Assembly: GCF_963921235.1 (NCBI RefSeq)
Contig: NC_086097.1
Span: 252,466,001-252,530,000, forward strand
Length of the DNA: 64,000 nucleotides
Direction of reading: 5' to 3'
From: Mobula hypostoma
Taxonomy: Eukaryota
A program made the position numbers and the translations under genes. Within the stretch, counting starts at the first letter, position 1, and every line of letters begins with the position of its first letter. Shown one piece after another: positions 47,606-59,686 of the stretch. The notes under the pieces are model-generated. The model saw only the letters and a list, made by a program, of their open reading frames with translations, ran no database searches and had not been told where the DNA came from.

Positions 47606-49772
47606 TAGAACCATAGAACCATAGAAACTACAGCACAGAAACAGGCCCTTTGGCCCTTTTTGGCTGTGCCGAACCATTTTCTGCCTAGTCCCACTGACCT
47701 GCACACGGACCATATCCCTCCATACACCTCCCATCCATGTATCTGTCCAATTTATTCTTAAATGTTAAAAAAGAACCCGCATTTACCAGCTCGTCTGGCA
47801 GCTCATTCCATACTCCCACCACTCTCTGTGTGAAGAAGCCCCCCCTAATGTTCCCTTTAAACTTTTCCCCCCTCACCCTTAACCCATGTCCTCTGGTTTT
47901 TTTCTCCCCTTGCCTCAGTGGAAAAAGCCTGCTTGCATTCACTCTATCTATACCCATCATAATTTTATATACCTCTATCAAATCTCCCCTCATTCTTCTA
48001 TGCTCCAGGGAATAAAGTCCTAACCTATTCAACCTTTCTCTGTAACTGAGTTTTTCAAGTCCCGGCAACATCCTTGTAAAGCTTCTCTGCACTCTTTCAA
48101 CCTTATTTATATCCTTCCTGTAATTTGGTGACCAAAACTGAACACAATACTCCAGATTCGGCCTCACCAATGCCTTATACAACCTCATCATAACATTCCA
48201 GCTCTTATACTCAATACTTCGATTAATAAAGGCCAATGTACCAAAAGCTCTCTTTACGACCCTATCTACCTGTGACTACACTTATAAGGAATTTTGTATC
48301 TGTATTCCCAGATCCCTCTGTTCCACTGCACTCCTCAGTGCCTTACCATTAACCCTGTATGTTCTACGTTGGTTTGTCCTTCCAACGTGCACTACCTCAC
48401 ACTTGTCAGTATTAAACTCCATCTGCCATTTTTCAGCCCATTTTTCCAGCTGGTCCAAGTCCCTCTGCAGGCTCTGAAAACCTTCCTCACTGTCTACTGC
48501 ACCTCCAATCTTTGTATCATCAGCAAACTTGCTGATCCAATTTACCACATTACCATCCAGATCATTGATATAGATGACAAATAACAATGGACCCAGCACT
48601 GATCCCTGTGGCACACCACTAGTCACAGGCCTCCACTCAGAGAAGCAATTTTCTACCACCACTCTCTGGCTTCTTCCATCGAGCCAATGTCCAATCCAAT
48701 TTACCACCTCTCCATGTGTACCTAGCGACTGAATTTTCCTAACTAACCTCCCATGCGGGACCTTGTCAAAGGCCTTACTGAAGTCCATGTAGACAATATC
48801 CACTGCCTTCCCTTCATCCACTTTCCTGGTAACCTCCTCGAAAAACTCCAACAGATTGGTCAAACATGACCTACCACGCACAAAGCCATGTTGACTCTCC
48901 CTTATAAGCCCCTGTCTATCCAAATGCTTGTAGATTCTGTCTCTTAGTACTCCCTCCAATAACTTACCTACTACTGACGTTAAACTCACCGGCCTATAAT
49001 TTCCCGGATTACTTTTCGATCCTTTTTTAAACAACGGAACAAAATGAGCCACCCTCCAATCCTCCGGCACTTCACCCATAGACAGCGACATTTTAAATAT
49101 TTCTGCCAGGGCCCCCGCAATTTCAACACTAGTCTCCTTCAAGGTCCGAGGGAACACCCTGTCAGGTCCCGGGGATTTATCCACTTTAATTTTCCTCAAG
49201 ACAGCAAACACCTCCTCCTTTACAATCTGTACAGTTTCCATGGTCTCACTACTTGATTCCCTCAATTCCATAGATTTCATGCCAGCTTCCTTAGTAAATA
49301 CAGACGCAAAAAACCTATTTAAGATCTCCCCCATTTCCTTTGGTTCCGCACAAAGCCGACCACTCTGATCTTCAAGAGGACCAATTTTATCCCTTACAAT
49401 CCTTTTGCTCTTAATATACTTGTAAAAGCTCTTTGGATTATCCTTCACTTTGACTGCCAAGGCAACCTCATGTCTTCTTTTCGCCCTCCTGATTTCTTTC
49501 TTAAGTATTTTCTTGCACTTCTTATACTCCTCAAGCACCTGATTTACCCCGTTTCCTATACATTTCATACAACTCCCTCTTCTTCTTTATCAGAGTTGCA
49601 ATATCCCTTGAGAACCAAGGTTCCTTATTCCTATTCAATTTGCCTTTAATCCTGACAGGAACATACAAACTCTGCACTCTCAAAATTTCCCCTTTGAAGG
49701 CTTCCCACCTACCAATCACATCTTTGCCAGAGAACAACCTGTCCCAATCCATGCTTTTTAGATCCTTTCTCA
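47606..49772 (-). mobile_element. Young 5'-truncated CR1 (family C, (TATGGTTC)n tail)
   Basis: 428-aa RT ORF with FADD and 183-aa C-terminal ORF. Inserted into a plus-strand CR1 that resumes at 49773. Confidence 0.96.
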
Positions 49773-50706
49773 TGGATGAAAATGTAGATGGGTGGGTTAG
49801 TAAGTTTGCGGATGATAATGAGATTGGTAGATTTGTGGATAGCGTAGAATACTGGCAAAGAACACAGCGCAATATACATCAGTTGCAATATGGGCAGAGA
49901 AATGGCAGATGGAGTTTAATCCAAATAAATATGAGGTGTTGCACTTTGGTAAGGCAAATCCAAGGAGACAGTACACTGTTAAGAGCAAGATCCTTAACAG
50001 TGTTGCTGGGCAGAGAGATCTTGGGATCCAAGTTCATAGTTCCTTGAAAGTGGATACACAGGTTGATAAGGTGGTTAAGAAGGCTTATAGAATGCTTGCT
50101 TAAATTAGTTGAGACACTGAGATCAAAAGTCAAAAAGGTTATGTACAACTTTATAAAACTCTGGATCAGCCACATCTGGAGTATTGCATACAGTTCTGGT
50201 TACCCCACCATAGGAAAGATGTTGAGGCTTTGGAAGGTGTGCAAAAGAAGTTTACCAGGATGCTGCCTGGTTAAGAGGGTTATGTGATGAGAGGCTGGAT
50301 AAACTTGGGTTATTTTCTCTGGAGTGGAGGCCAAGAAGAGACCTGATAGAGGTTTATAAGATTATGAGAGGCATAGATAGAGTGGTCAGGAGAATCTGTT
50401 TCCCAGGGTTGAAACGTCTAATACCAGAGGGAATGCCATGAAGATGACAGAGGGTTCAAGGGGGATGTGAGGGTTAAGTTTTTTACTCAGAGTCGTAAGT
50501 GCCTAGAATGTGCTGCCTGGTATGGTGATGGAGGAAAATACATTAGAGGCTTTTAAGAGATATTTGGATAGGCACATGGATGCAAGGAAGATGGACGGAC
50601 ATGGACATGGTGTAGGTAAGAGGGATTAGTGCTTGGGTGTTTTTGATTTGCTTTTTAGCTGATTCAGCAAAACACTGTAGACCAAATGGCCTGTTCCTGT
50701 GCTGTA
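49773..50706 (+). mobile_element. Older CR1 3' part (5' stub at about 47545-47605)
   Basis: [14 protein letters not shown] and MEFNPNKYEVLHFG peptides. Confidence 0.88.
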
Positions 50707-51989
50707 ATCCAGAATTACCTTTCCCACAGTGGGCTCAATAACAAGATGCTCTAAAAAGCTATCTCATAGGCATTCTACAAATTTCCTCTCTTGGGATCAA
50801 GAACCAACCGTGTTTTTAGTGGTGAATCTGTGGAATTTGTTGCCACAGGCAGCTGTGGAGGCCTAGTCTGTATGTATATTTAAAGCAGAGGTTGATGGAT
50901 TCTTGATTGGTCAGGGCATGAAGGGGTGTGGAGGAAGGCAGGAGATTGGGGCTGAGAGGAAACGTGGATCAACCATGACGAAATGGTGGAGCAGACTCGA
51001 TGGGCCAAATGCCCTAATTCTGCTCCTACGTCTTATGGATTTTCCCAATCTATCTGCATATTGAAATCCCTCATGATTATCACAAAATCATGCTTTTTAC
51101 ATGCCTTTTCCATGTCCTGTTGTAACTTGTATCCCACATTCTGGCTACTGTTCGGATGCCTGTATATAGCTCCCATCAAGATTTTTTTTACCCTTGCAGT
51201 TTCTTAACTCTACCCAGAAGGAATTTTACATCTGATCCTAATGTCACCTCTTTCTAAGGATTTAATTTAATTTTTTACCAACAGAACCACCTCACCCTCT
51301 CTGCCTACCTGCCTACTTTCTATACCAGGGGGGTATTCTTGGAACGTTAAGCTCCCAACTATGATCTTTCAGGCCCGGCTCAAGAGATGCCCACCATATC
51401 ATACCTGCCAATCTCTAAATGGACCACAAGCTCATCTACCTTATTCCAGTTCCCATCCCCTGCCAAATTAGTTTAAACCCCCCAGCGGCTCTAGCAAACC
51501 TGCCCGCAAGGATATTGGTCCCCTGAGGTTCAGGTGTGACTTGTCCCTTTTGTACAGATCACAAAAATCAGTCGAATATTTATTTGCAGAACAAGGATTA
51601 GCATAGATTTTGGGGCATAGGAAATCATTACAATGTCAGACTTTGGCTGGAAATTCTCAGTTACAACTGGATTATCTGCACATGATTGGATTGGCTTTAT
51701 TTGTCTTTGAAGCATCCAGTGAAATGTGCTGAATCAGAATCAGGTTTATTATCTCCAGCATATGACGTGAAATTTGTTAACTTAGCAGCAGCAGTTCAAT
51801 GCAATACATCATATAGAAGAAAAAAAAACAAAATAAAATAATAAAAAAAATAAATAAATGAATTACAGTATACGTATATTGAATGGATTAAAAATCATGC
51901 CAAAAACCCCCCAGAAATACCATGTATTAAAAAAAAGTGAGGTAGTGTCCAAGGGGTCAATGTCTATTTAGGAATCGGATGGCAGAGGA

Positions 51990-52230
51990 TGTGCCGGTGG
52001 GGCAGCCCACAAGTGTTGCCATGCTTCGAGTGTCTATGTAGCATGCCCACAACTCACTAACTCCACCCCGTACATCTTTAGAATATGGGAGGAGACCAGA
52101 GCACCCAGAGGAAACCCAAGCAGTCGCAGGGAGAACGAAGAAACTCCTTACAATCAGTGGCAAGGATTGAATCCCAGTTTTACAGCTGGCACTATAAAGC
52201 ATTATGCTAACTGCTACGCTACCGTGCCGC
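51990..52230 (-). mobile_element. V-SINE ending about 17 bp from a cfap418 splice donor
   Basis: GGGAGGAGACCAGAGCACCCAGAGGAAACCC core and tRNA-like head. Confidence 0.75.
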
Positions 52231-52246
52231 CCACGTCCAAATATAC

Positions 52247-52342
52247 CTGAAAAAAAGGTAGTCACACGACTTGCTCCATTCATAGTTATCAAGTATTACC
52301 ACCCTGAAGTCACAGGTAGTACAGCGGAGTTGGTCACAGGTT
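52247..52342 (-). CDS. cfap418: CFAP418 (C8orf37) penultimate coding exon, 96 nt
   Basis: [33 protein letters not shown] matches C8orf37 (CDxLRCxx[11 protein letters not shown]). Acceptor ttttttatttacAG, donor ag|GTatat. Confidence 0.96.
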
Positions 52343-52859
52343 CTGTAAATAAAAAAGTCTTTAGAAATTACGCATTCAAAGTAATTATAATCAATCACAA
52401 GGGATTGCACAATTCACATTGAACCATTAGTCTATCTGACCATTTATTGCATTTTACTCTTCAGTTTAAAAAAATCTTAAGATGCTTTTGGAAATTTTTA
52501 CTTAATTATACAGTGTGGAATAGGCCCTTCTGTCCCTTCATTCCACGCCATCCTAGCAACCTCTGACTACCCCAATTTAATCCTAACCTAATCACGGGAC
52601 CACTTACATGACCATTTAACCTACAGAGTATGTCTCTGGACTGTCATGAGGAAACTGGAAAACCCATGCATTCCATAGTGAAGGTGTACAGAGACTCCTT
52701 ACAGAGGACACTGGGACTGAACTCTGAATTCATATGCATATTTATATTTATATATTAAAATGTGCCATAACAAGACGGTGCATCATATTTCTCTCTTATA
52801 ATGTTTTGTTTTCTTGAATTAAATTATGGGTTAATAATAAAAATATGAGAATGGGTTAC

Positions 52860-52925
52860 CTGTGAGAAGTATTAGTACCCAGTCCGAGGGGCGCAGAGCT
52901 ACCACCCAGATAAACTGGGGAACAC
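52860..52925 (-). CDS. cfap418: CFAP418 (C8orf37) third-last coding exon, 66 nt
   Basis: CSPVYLGGSSAPLGLGTNTSH-R matches C8orf37 CSPVYLGGS. Acceptor tttattttt AG, donor cag|GTaacc. Phases are consistent. Confidence 0.95.
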
Positions 52926-52999
52926 CTAAAAATAAAGCAACCAGTGTTCAGATCCAAAAATATACAGAAGTAATATTGGACACAAATGGAAATGACATT

Positions 53000-53281
53000 T
53001 CATAGTAGTGTTGCAGTTAGTGCAATGGCTTTACAGCGCCAGTGATGGGGGCTCCATTCCTGTCGCTGTCAGAAAGGAATTTACAGTTCTCCTTGGGCGT
53101 TTCCTCCCACGTTCCAAAGACATATCAGTAAGTTGTGGGCATGGTATGTTGGTATTGAAGTGCGGTGACACTTGCGGGCTGTCCCAGCACATCCTCGGAC
53201 TGCTTTGACACAAAACAACACATTTCACTGTAGGTTTCCATGGTTCAATGTGCGTGTGATAAATAAAGCTCATCTTTAATC
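53000..53281 (+). mobile_element. V-SINE
   Basis: TTTCCTCCCACGTTCCAAAGAC core and AATAAAGCTCATCTTTAATC tail. Confidence 0.7.
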
Positions 53282-54461
53282 CAGGGGTCCCCAACCTTTT
53301 CTGCACTGCGGAACTTTTTATTATTGACAATATTCTTGTGGACCAGCCGACCCGGGGGGGTTAGGGTTGCCAACGGACAAGAGTAACAGTCAAATACGTT
53401 GTGTTTACCCCAAGAAAGACTACAATGACCATGAAACCTTGTGCGGGCACCAGTGCACATGCGTGACGTGCGGAATATTTTTCTACAAGTCATTTTTGGT
53501 GATTCTGTTCGGGCGGGGGTGTTAATTACGACCGGAATATAGGTGATAAGTCGCTAATACACTCAATTTTGTTTCTAAAAGGGTTTATCTAATGAATTTG
53601 ATATTAAACACACAGCGCATATTTTCCTCGCATGAATATAGTGATAAGTCAATTATCAGGGGAGGACAGGGGAGCTTGAAGTAAGTGTTGAACGAACCTC
53701 CAGTAGAAGTGGTAGAGGCAGGTTCGATATTGTCATTTAAAGAAAAATTGGATAGGTATATGGACAGGAAAGGAATGGAGGGTTTTGGGCTGAGTGCAGG
53801 TCGGTGGGGCGAGGTGAGAGTAGCGTTCAGCACGGACTAGAAGGGCCGAGATCGCCTGTTTCCGTGCTGTAATTGTTATATGGTTATATAAGTCACTTTT
53901 AAGTCAATAGCATCATAACATTTTAAGTAACGTTTGGATATTAAACACACAGCACATATTTTCCCCGTATGAACATACAAAATCATTGCACCAATATCAC
54001 TGAATCAGTGGGAGCCCTGGGCTTGTTTCCCTGCAACAAGACGGTCCTATCGAGCGGTGATGGGAGACAGCGATACTCGAAGGAGGTTCCTTATGTCCAG
54101 TCTATTCCGCTATTTAGTTTTCGTTGCATTCATTGCAGAGATATGTTGGAAATGGAGGCAACGTTTTCAGTGCTTTCGTGGCTATCTCAGGATATTTAGC
54201 CTTGACGTTGATCCAGAATGCCAGCAGAGATGTTATGTCAAACATACTTTTCAGCCCGCCGTCATTTGCAAGCTCGAGGAGTTGACCTCCTTCCCGCGCT
54301 GACATGGATGACATGCGGGTAATGACCTCGCGTGCGTTCAGGTTCAACAGTGCGCATGACAGGTAATGAGGAAAGGTGCAACTGATTCATATCGCCAAAT
54401 CATATCGTTTCCTCGCGACCCAGTAGCACATGCTTTGCGGCCCGGTGGTTGGGGACTGCTG
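53282..54461 (-). mobile_element. Non-autonomous hAT/Charlie element with TIRs and a perfect 8-bp TSD, carrying a CR1 3' fragment
   Basis: TIRs CAGGGGTCCCCAACC / GGTTGGGGACTGCTG. TSD CTTTAATC at 53274-53281 and 54462-54469. Transposase remnant FWINVKAKYPEIATKALKTLPPFPTYLC. Confidence 0.93.
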
Positions 54462-54959
54462 CTTTAATCTATGACACTAGGAAAGGAAGTAATCTATAGG
54501 GCACAATGTTAAAAAAGGAGGCCCTAATTAATATTATTGGAAAGGAAGGGGAGACCAGTAGGGAACGATGGACCTTGCAGGGCCAGAATTTGTATCTTAA
54601 TAACTCACCCTCTTTGATATTTTTGAGGCTGAGTTCCACCCAACAAACAAGCATATCAATATTCTGGTTGAGAATGGAAGTGGTAATAAGCCATGGCTTG
54701 AGACCTGTGGCACAAATCCTATGTACTGACAGTAGGGCTGAGGATCTAGATGAAACCTCCCCATACTGTTATTTTAGATTTCCTTTCGGCCCAACAAACC
54801 CACACCGCCCAATTACACCTATGTAGCCAATTAACCTATGAACCCATACGTCTTCAGAAAGTGGGAGGAAACTGGAGCACACGAAGGAAACCCACGCGGC
54901 CATGGGAAGAACAGGCAAATTCTTTATAGACAGCGGATATGCTAGCATTGGAGAGGGCC

Positions 54960-55432
54960 CAGACAATAATAATTCCGGGAAAGAAAGGTATTTGAAGAGT
55001 GTTTGATGGCCTCCGGGCCTGTACTTGCTGGAGCTTAGAAGAATGGGCGGAGGGGACCTCTAATTGAATCCTATCAAATATTGGAAGGACTAGAGTGGAT
55101 GTTGAGAGAATATTTCATATAGTAGGACAGCATAGGACCCGAGGGCACCACCTCAGAAGAGAGGGATGTCCATTTACAACAGAGATGAGGAGGAATATCT
55201 TTAGCCAAAGAGTAGTGAATCTGTAGAATTCATTGCCACAGATGGCTCTGGAGGCCAAGTTATTGGGTATATTAAAAGCAGAGGTTGATAGGTTATTAAT
55301 CAGTCAGAGCGTCAAAGGTTACAGGGAGAAGGGAGGAGAATAGGATTGAGAGGGATAATGATTCAGCCACGATGGAATGGCAGAGCAGACATGATAGGTC
55401 GAGTGGTCTAATTCTGCTCCTAAGTCTTACTA
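54960..55432 (+). mobile_element. Old CR1 3' fragment
   Basis: Degenerate GLYLLELRRM and RVVNL..SLP sequence plus CR1 3' UTR. Confidence 0.8.
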
Positions 55433-56747
55433 CTATGTGCTAAATGTCGTGGGGATAAATGCATCTATAAACGTACAGTCAAAACACAAAGATTAAGGGA
55501 TCTATGGCATCCATCAACAATGAAATCATTAATTGAATAGATAATCAAGTTGATTTATTGATGCATTATATGAAAGAACAAAACTTTAACAGTTACAAGG
55601 ATACCATTCATTTTGGACTAATAAAGATGCAAGTATTACCTCAGTTAAAGGCAAGAGTAGAGAGAGGCATCATCAGGAATAAAAAAAATTCAAAAAGCCT
55701 GACTGAATACCTGGAGAGCTAAAACATAAAAGGGGAGAATATTCTGCCAGAACTTTTCAAAATTATAATTAGACCACGCATGAAGCATTATACACAATTC
55801 TGACAAACTGACAAAATAGAGTAGAAATCGGTCAGATATTATCAATAACTCAAAATGTTAATTCCCTGAAGAAATATGTTATTCATTTTGTTGGAATATA
55901 GCAAGGGATGACATGGAAATGGAACGCTGCTGTTCATGGGTAGCAGAAATCAGAATCAGGTTTATTATCACTGGCATATGCACTGAAATTTGTTGCTTTG
56001 CAGCAGAACAGTCTATTGCATTAAAATATTACTACAAATGACAATCAGAAATATATACATATGTATAACTTGGGTAGCATCGAAGCCATGCTATTCAGGA
56101 AACAAATGCTGTGAAACATGGCTAGACACAAACCAAAGTGTGAATTGTTATACTCAGATAGTACTTGCTTAATTCATTATTTAAATCATAAGACCCAGGA
56201 GGATAATTAGGCCACTTGGCCCCTTGAGTCTGCGTCGCCATTCAATCACGGCTGATCCTCAGCCCCACTCCCCGGCCTTCTCCCCGTAACCTTTGATGCC
56301 CATGTCCAATCAAGAGCCTATCAAACTCTGCCTTAAATACACCAAACAAACTGGCCTCAACAGCTGCCCGAGGTAACAAATTCACCACCCTCTTGGCTAA
56401 AGAAATTTCTTTGCATCTCTGTTTTAAGTGGATGCCCCTTTGTCCTGAGGCTGTGGTCTCTTGTCCTAGACTCCCCCGCCATGAGAACATCCTTTCCAAC
56501 ATCTACTCTGTCTAGGCCTTTCAACATTCAAAAGGTTTCAGTGAGATCCCCACCCCGCCCAGCCTTCTAAATTCCAGTGAGTACAGACCCACAGCTATTA
56601 AACATTACTCGTATGATAACCCCTTCATTCCTAGAATCTTCCTTTGGAGCCTCCTCTGAACCTTCTCTAATGCCAGCACATCTTTTCTTAGATGAGGAGC
56701 CCAACACTGTTCACAATACTCAATACGAGGCCACACCAGTGCCTTAT

Positions 56748-58686
56748 CTGCTGAGGACCCGTGACCCTGCCTTCAGAGCAGGCGACAAGGCAGCCCTAAC
56801 AACAGCGAGGACCAAACTGTCCCGGGCCATCAGAGAGGCAAAGTGTGCACACGCCCAGTGAATCCACAGCCACTTCCAGGATGCGGCACGTGGCGCATGT
56901 GGAAGGGCATTCAGGACACCACCAACTACAAGACAACATCACCTGACTGTGCTGGTGATGCCTCCCTCCCAGATGCGTTGAATAACTTCTACGCTCGTTT
57001 TGAGGCGGAAAATGACGTGGCGGCGAGGAAGACTACCCCTCCTCCAAACGACCAGGTGCTGTGTCTTACCGTAGCCGATGTGAGGAAAACCCTGTGCAGG
57101 GTCAACCCATGGAAGGCTGCTGGACTAGACAATATTCTTGGCAGAGTGCTTACAGGATGTGCAGACCAGCTAGCTGAGATTCTCACTGACATCTTCAACA
57201 TCTCCCTGAGCAGCGTCGTCGTTCCTACTTGCTTCAAGGCCGCCACCATCGTCCCCGTGCCAAAGAAGTCTTCAGTGTCCTGCCTCAACGACTACCGTCC
57301 CATCGCACTCACATCCATCATAATGAAGTGTTTCGAGAGGCTCGTCATGAGACACATCAAGACCCTGCTGCCCCCCTCACAGGACCCTTGCAGTTCTCGT
57401 ACCGTCCCAACCGTTCAACAAACGACGCCACTGCCATCACCCTCCACCTGGACAAAAAAGACACGTACGTTCGAATGCTGTTCATAGACTTCAGTTCAGC
57501 ATTCAACGCAATCATTCCTCAGAAACTGATTGGAAAGCTGAGCCTACTGGGGCTGAACACCTCCCTCTGCAACTGGATCCTAGACTTCCTGACTGGGAGA
57601 CCTCAGTCAGTCCGGATTGGAAGCAGCATCTCCAACACCATCACACTGAGCACAGGGGCCCCCCAGGGCTGTGTGCTCAGTCCACTGCTGTTCACTCTGC
57701 TGACCCACGTCTGTGCTGCAACACACAGCTCGAACCACATCATCAAGTGCGCCAATGACACGACCGTGGTGGGTCTCATCAGTAAGAACGATGAGTCAGC
57801 ATACCGAGAGGTGGTGCAGCGGCTAACAGACTGGTGCAGAGCCAACAACCTGTCTCTGAATGTAAACAAAACAAAAGAGATGGTTGTTGACTTCAGGAGA
57901 GCACAGAGCGATCACTCTCCGCTGAACATTGACAGCTCCTCTGTAGAGATTGTTAAAAGCACCAAATTTCTTGGTGTTTACCTGGCGGAGAATCTCACCT
58001 GGTCCCTCAACATCAGCTCCATAGCAAAGAAAGCCCAGCAGCGTCTCTACTTTCTGCGAAGGCTGAGAAAAGTCCATCTCCCACCCCCCCATCCTCACCA
58101 CATTCTACAGAGGTTGTACTGAGAGCATCCTGAGCAGCTGCATCACTGCCTAGTTCGAAAATTGCACCATCTCGGATCGCAAGACCCTGCAGTGGATAGT
58201 GAGGTCAGCTGAGAAGACCATCGGGGTCTCTCTTCCCGCCATTACAGACACTTACACTACACGCTGCATCCATAAAGCAAACAGCATTATGAAGGACCCC
58301 ATGCACCCCTCATACAAACTCTTCTCCCTCTTGCCATCTGGCTAAAAAAGGCACCAAAGTACTCGGGCTCTCACAACCAGACTATGTAACAGTTTCTTCC
58401 CCCAAGCCATCAGACTCTTCAATACCCAGAGCCTGGACTGACACCAACCTCTACTGTGAATATTGTCTTGTTTATTATTTATTGTAGTGCCTGCACTGTT
58501 TTGTGCACTTTATGCAGTCCTGGGTAGGTCTGTAGTCTAGTGTAGTTTTGTGCTGTTTTACATAGTTCAGTGTAGTTCTTGTATTGTTCATGTAGCACCA
58601 TGGTCCTGAAAAATGTTGTCTCGTTTTTACTGTGTACTGTACCAGCAGTTATGGTCGAAGTGACAATAAAAAGTGACTTGACTTAT
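56748..58686 (+). mobile_element. 5'-truncated Rex1/Babar LINE, RT inactivated
   Basis: [21 protein letters not shown] and [11 protein letters not shown] motifs. The catalytic motif is mutated to KCANDT. GACTT tail. TSD CTTAT at 56743-56747 and 58682-58686. Confidence 0.93.
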
Positions 58687-59686
58687 AAAGCCTCAGCACC
58701 ACATCCTTGCTCTTGTATTCTAGACCTCTTGAAATGAATGCTAACATGGCATTTGCCTTCCTCACCACCGAGTCAACCTGCATGTTAATCTTTTGGGTGC
58801 TCTGCACAAGGACCCCTTTGCATCTCAGATTTTTGGATTTTCTCCCCATTTAGAAAATAACCTGCACATTTATTTTTACTACCAAATTGCATGACCATGC
58901 ATTTTCCAACATTGTATTTCACTTGCCACCCTTTCTTGCCCATTCTCCTGATCTGTCTAGGTCCTTTTGCAGCCTACCTGTTTCCTCAACACTACCTGCC
59001 CCTCCACCAATCTTTGTATCATCTGCAAACTTGGCAACAAAGCCATCTATTCCATCGTCTAAAACATTTATATACAGCATAAAAAGAAGTGGTCCCAACA
59101 CCACCCCTGCCAAACACCACTAGTCACTGGCAGCCAACCAGAAAAGGATCCTTTTATTCCCGCTTGCTGCCTCCTACCAATCAGCCAATGCTCTAACCGT
59201 GCCAGTAACTTCCCTGTAATACCATGGGCTCTTAACTTGGTAGTCAGCCTGATGTGTGGCACCTTGTCAAAGGCCTTCTGGAAGCCCAAATATCCAATAT
59301 CCACTGCATCCCCTTTATCTATCCCACCTGTAATCTCCTCAACGAATTCCAACAGGTTCATCAGGCAGGATTTTCCTTGAAGGAAACCTTGCTGATTTTG
59401 TCCTATCTTGTCCTGCCTCACCAAGTACTCCATAACCTCACCCTTAATAATTGACTGCAGCGTCTTCCCAACCACTGAGATCAGGCTAACTGGTCTATAA
59501 TTTCCTTTCTGCTGCCTTCCTCCTTTCTTGAAGAGTGGAGTGACATTTGCAATTTTCCAGTCCTCCGATACCATGCCAGAGTCTAATGATTCTTGAAAGA
59601 TCATTACTAATGCCTTCACAATTTCTACCACTACCTCTTTCAGAACGCTAGGGTGCAGTTCATCTGGTTCTGGTGGCTTACGCACC

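Noticed and set aside
54609..54663. Minus-strand exon-like segment (ccAG ... GTGAGT) as a further cfap418 exon
   Set aside because: 55 nt, no similarity to C8orf37 that I can see, and the surrounding peptide (CWVEL...) looks more like a decayed LINE endonuclease.
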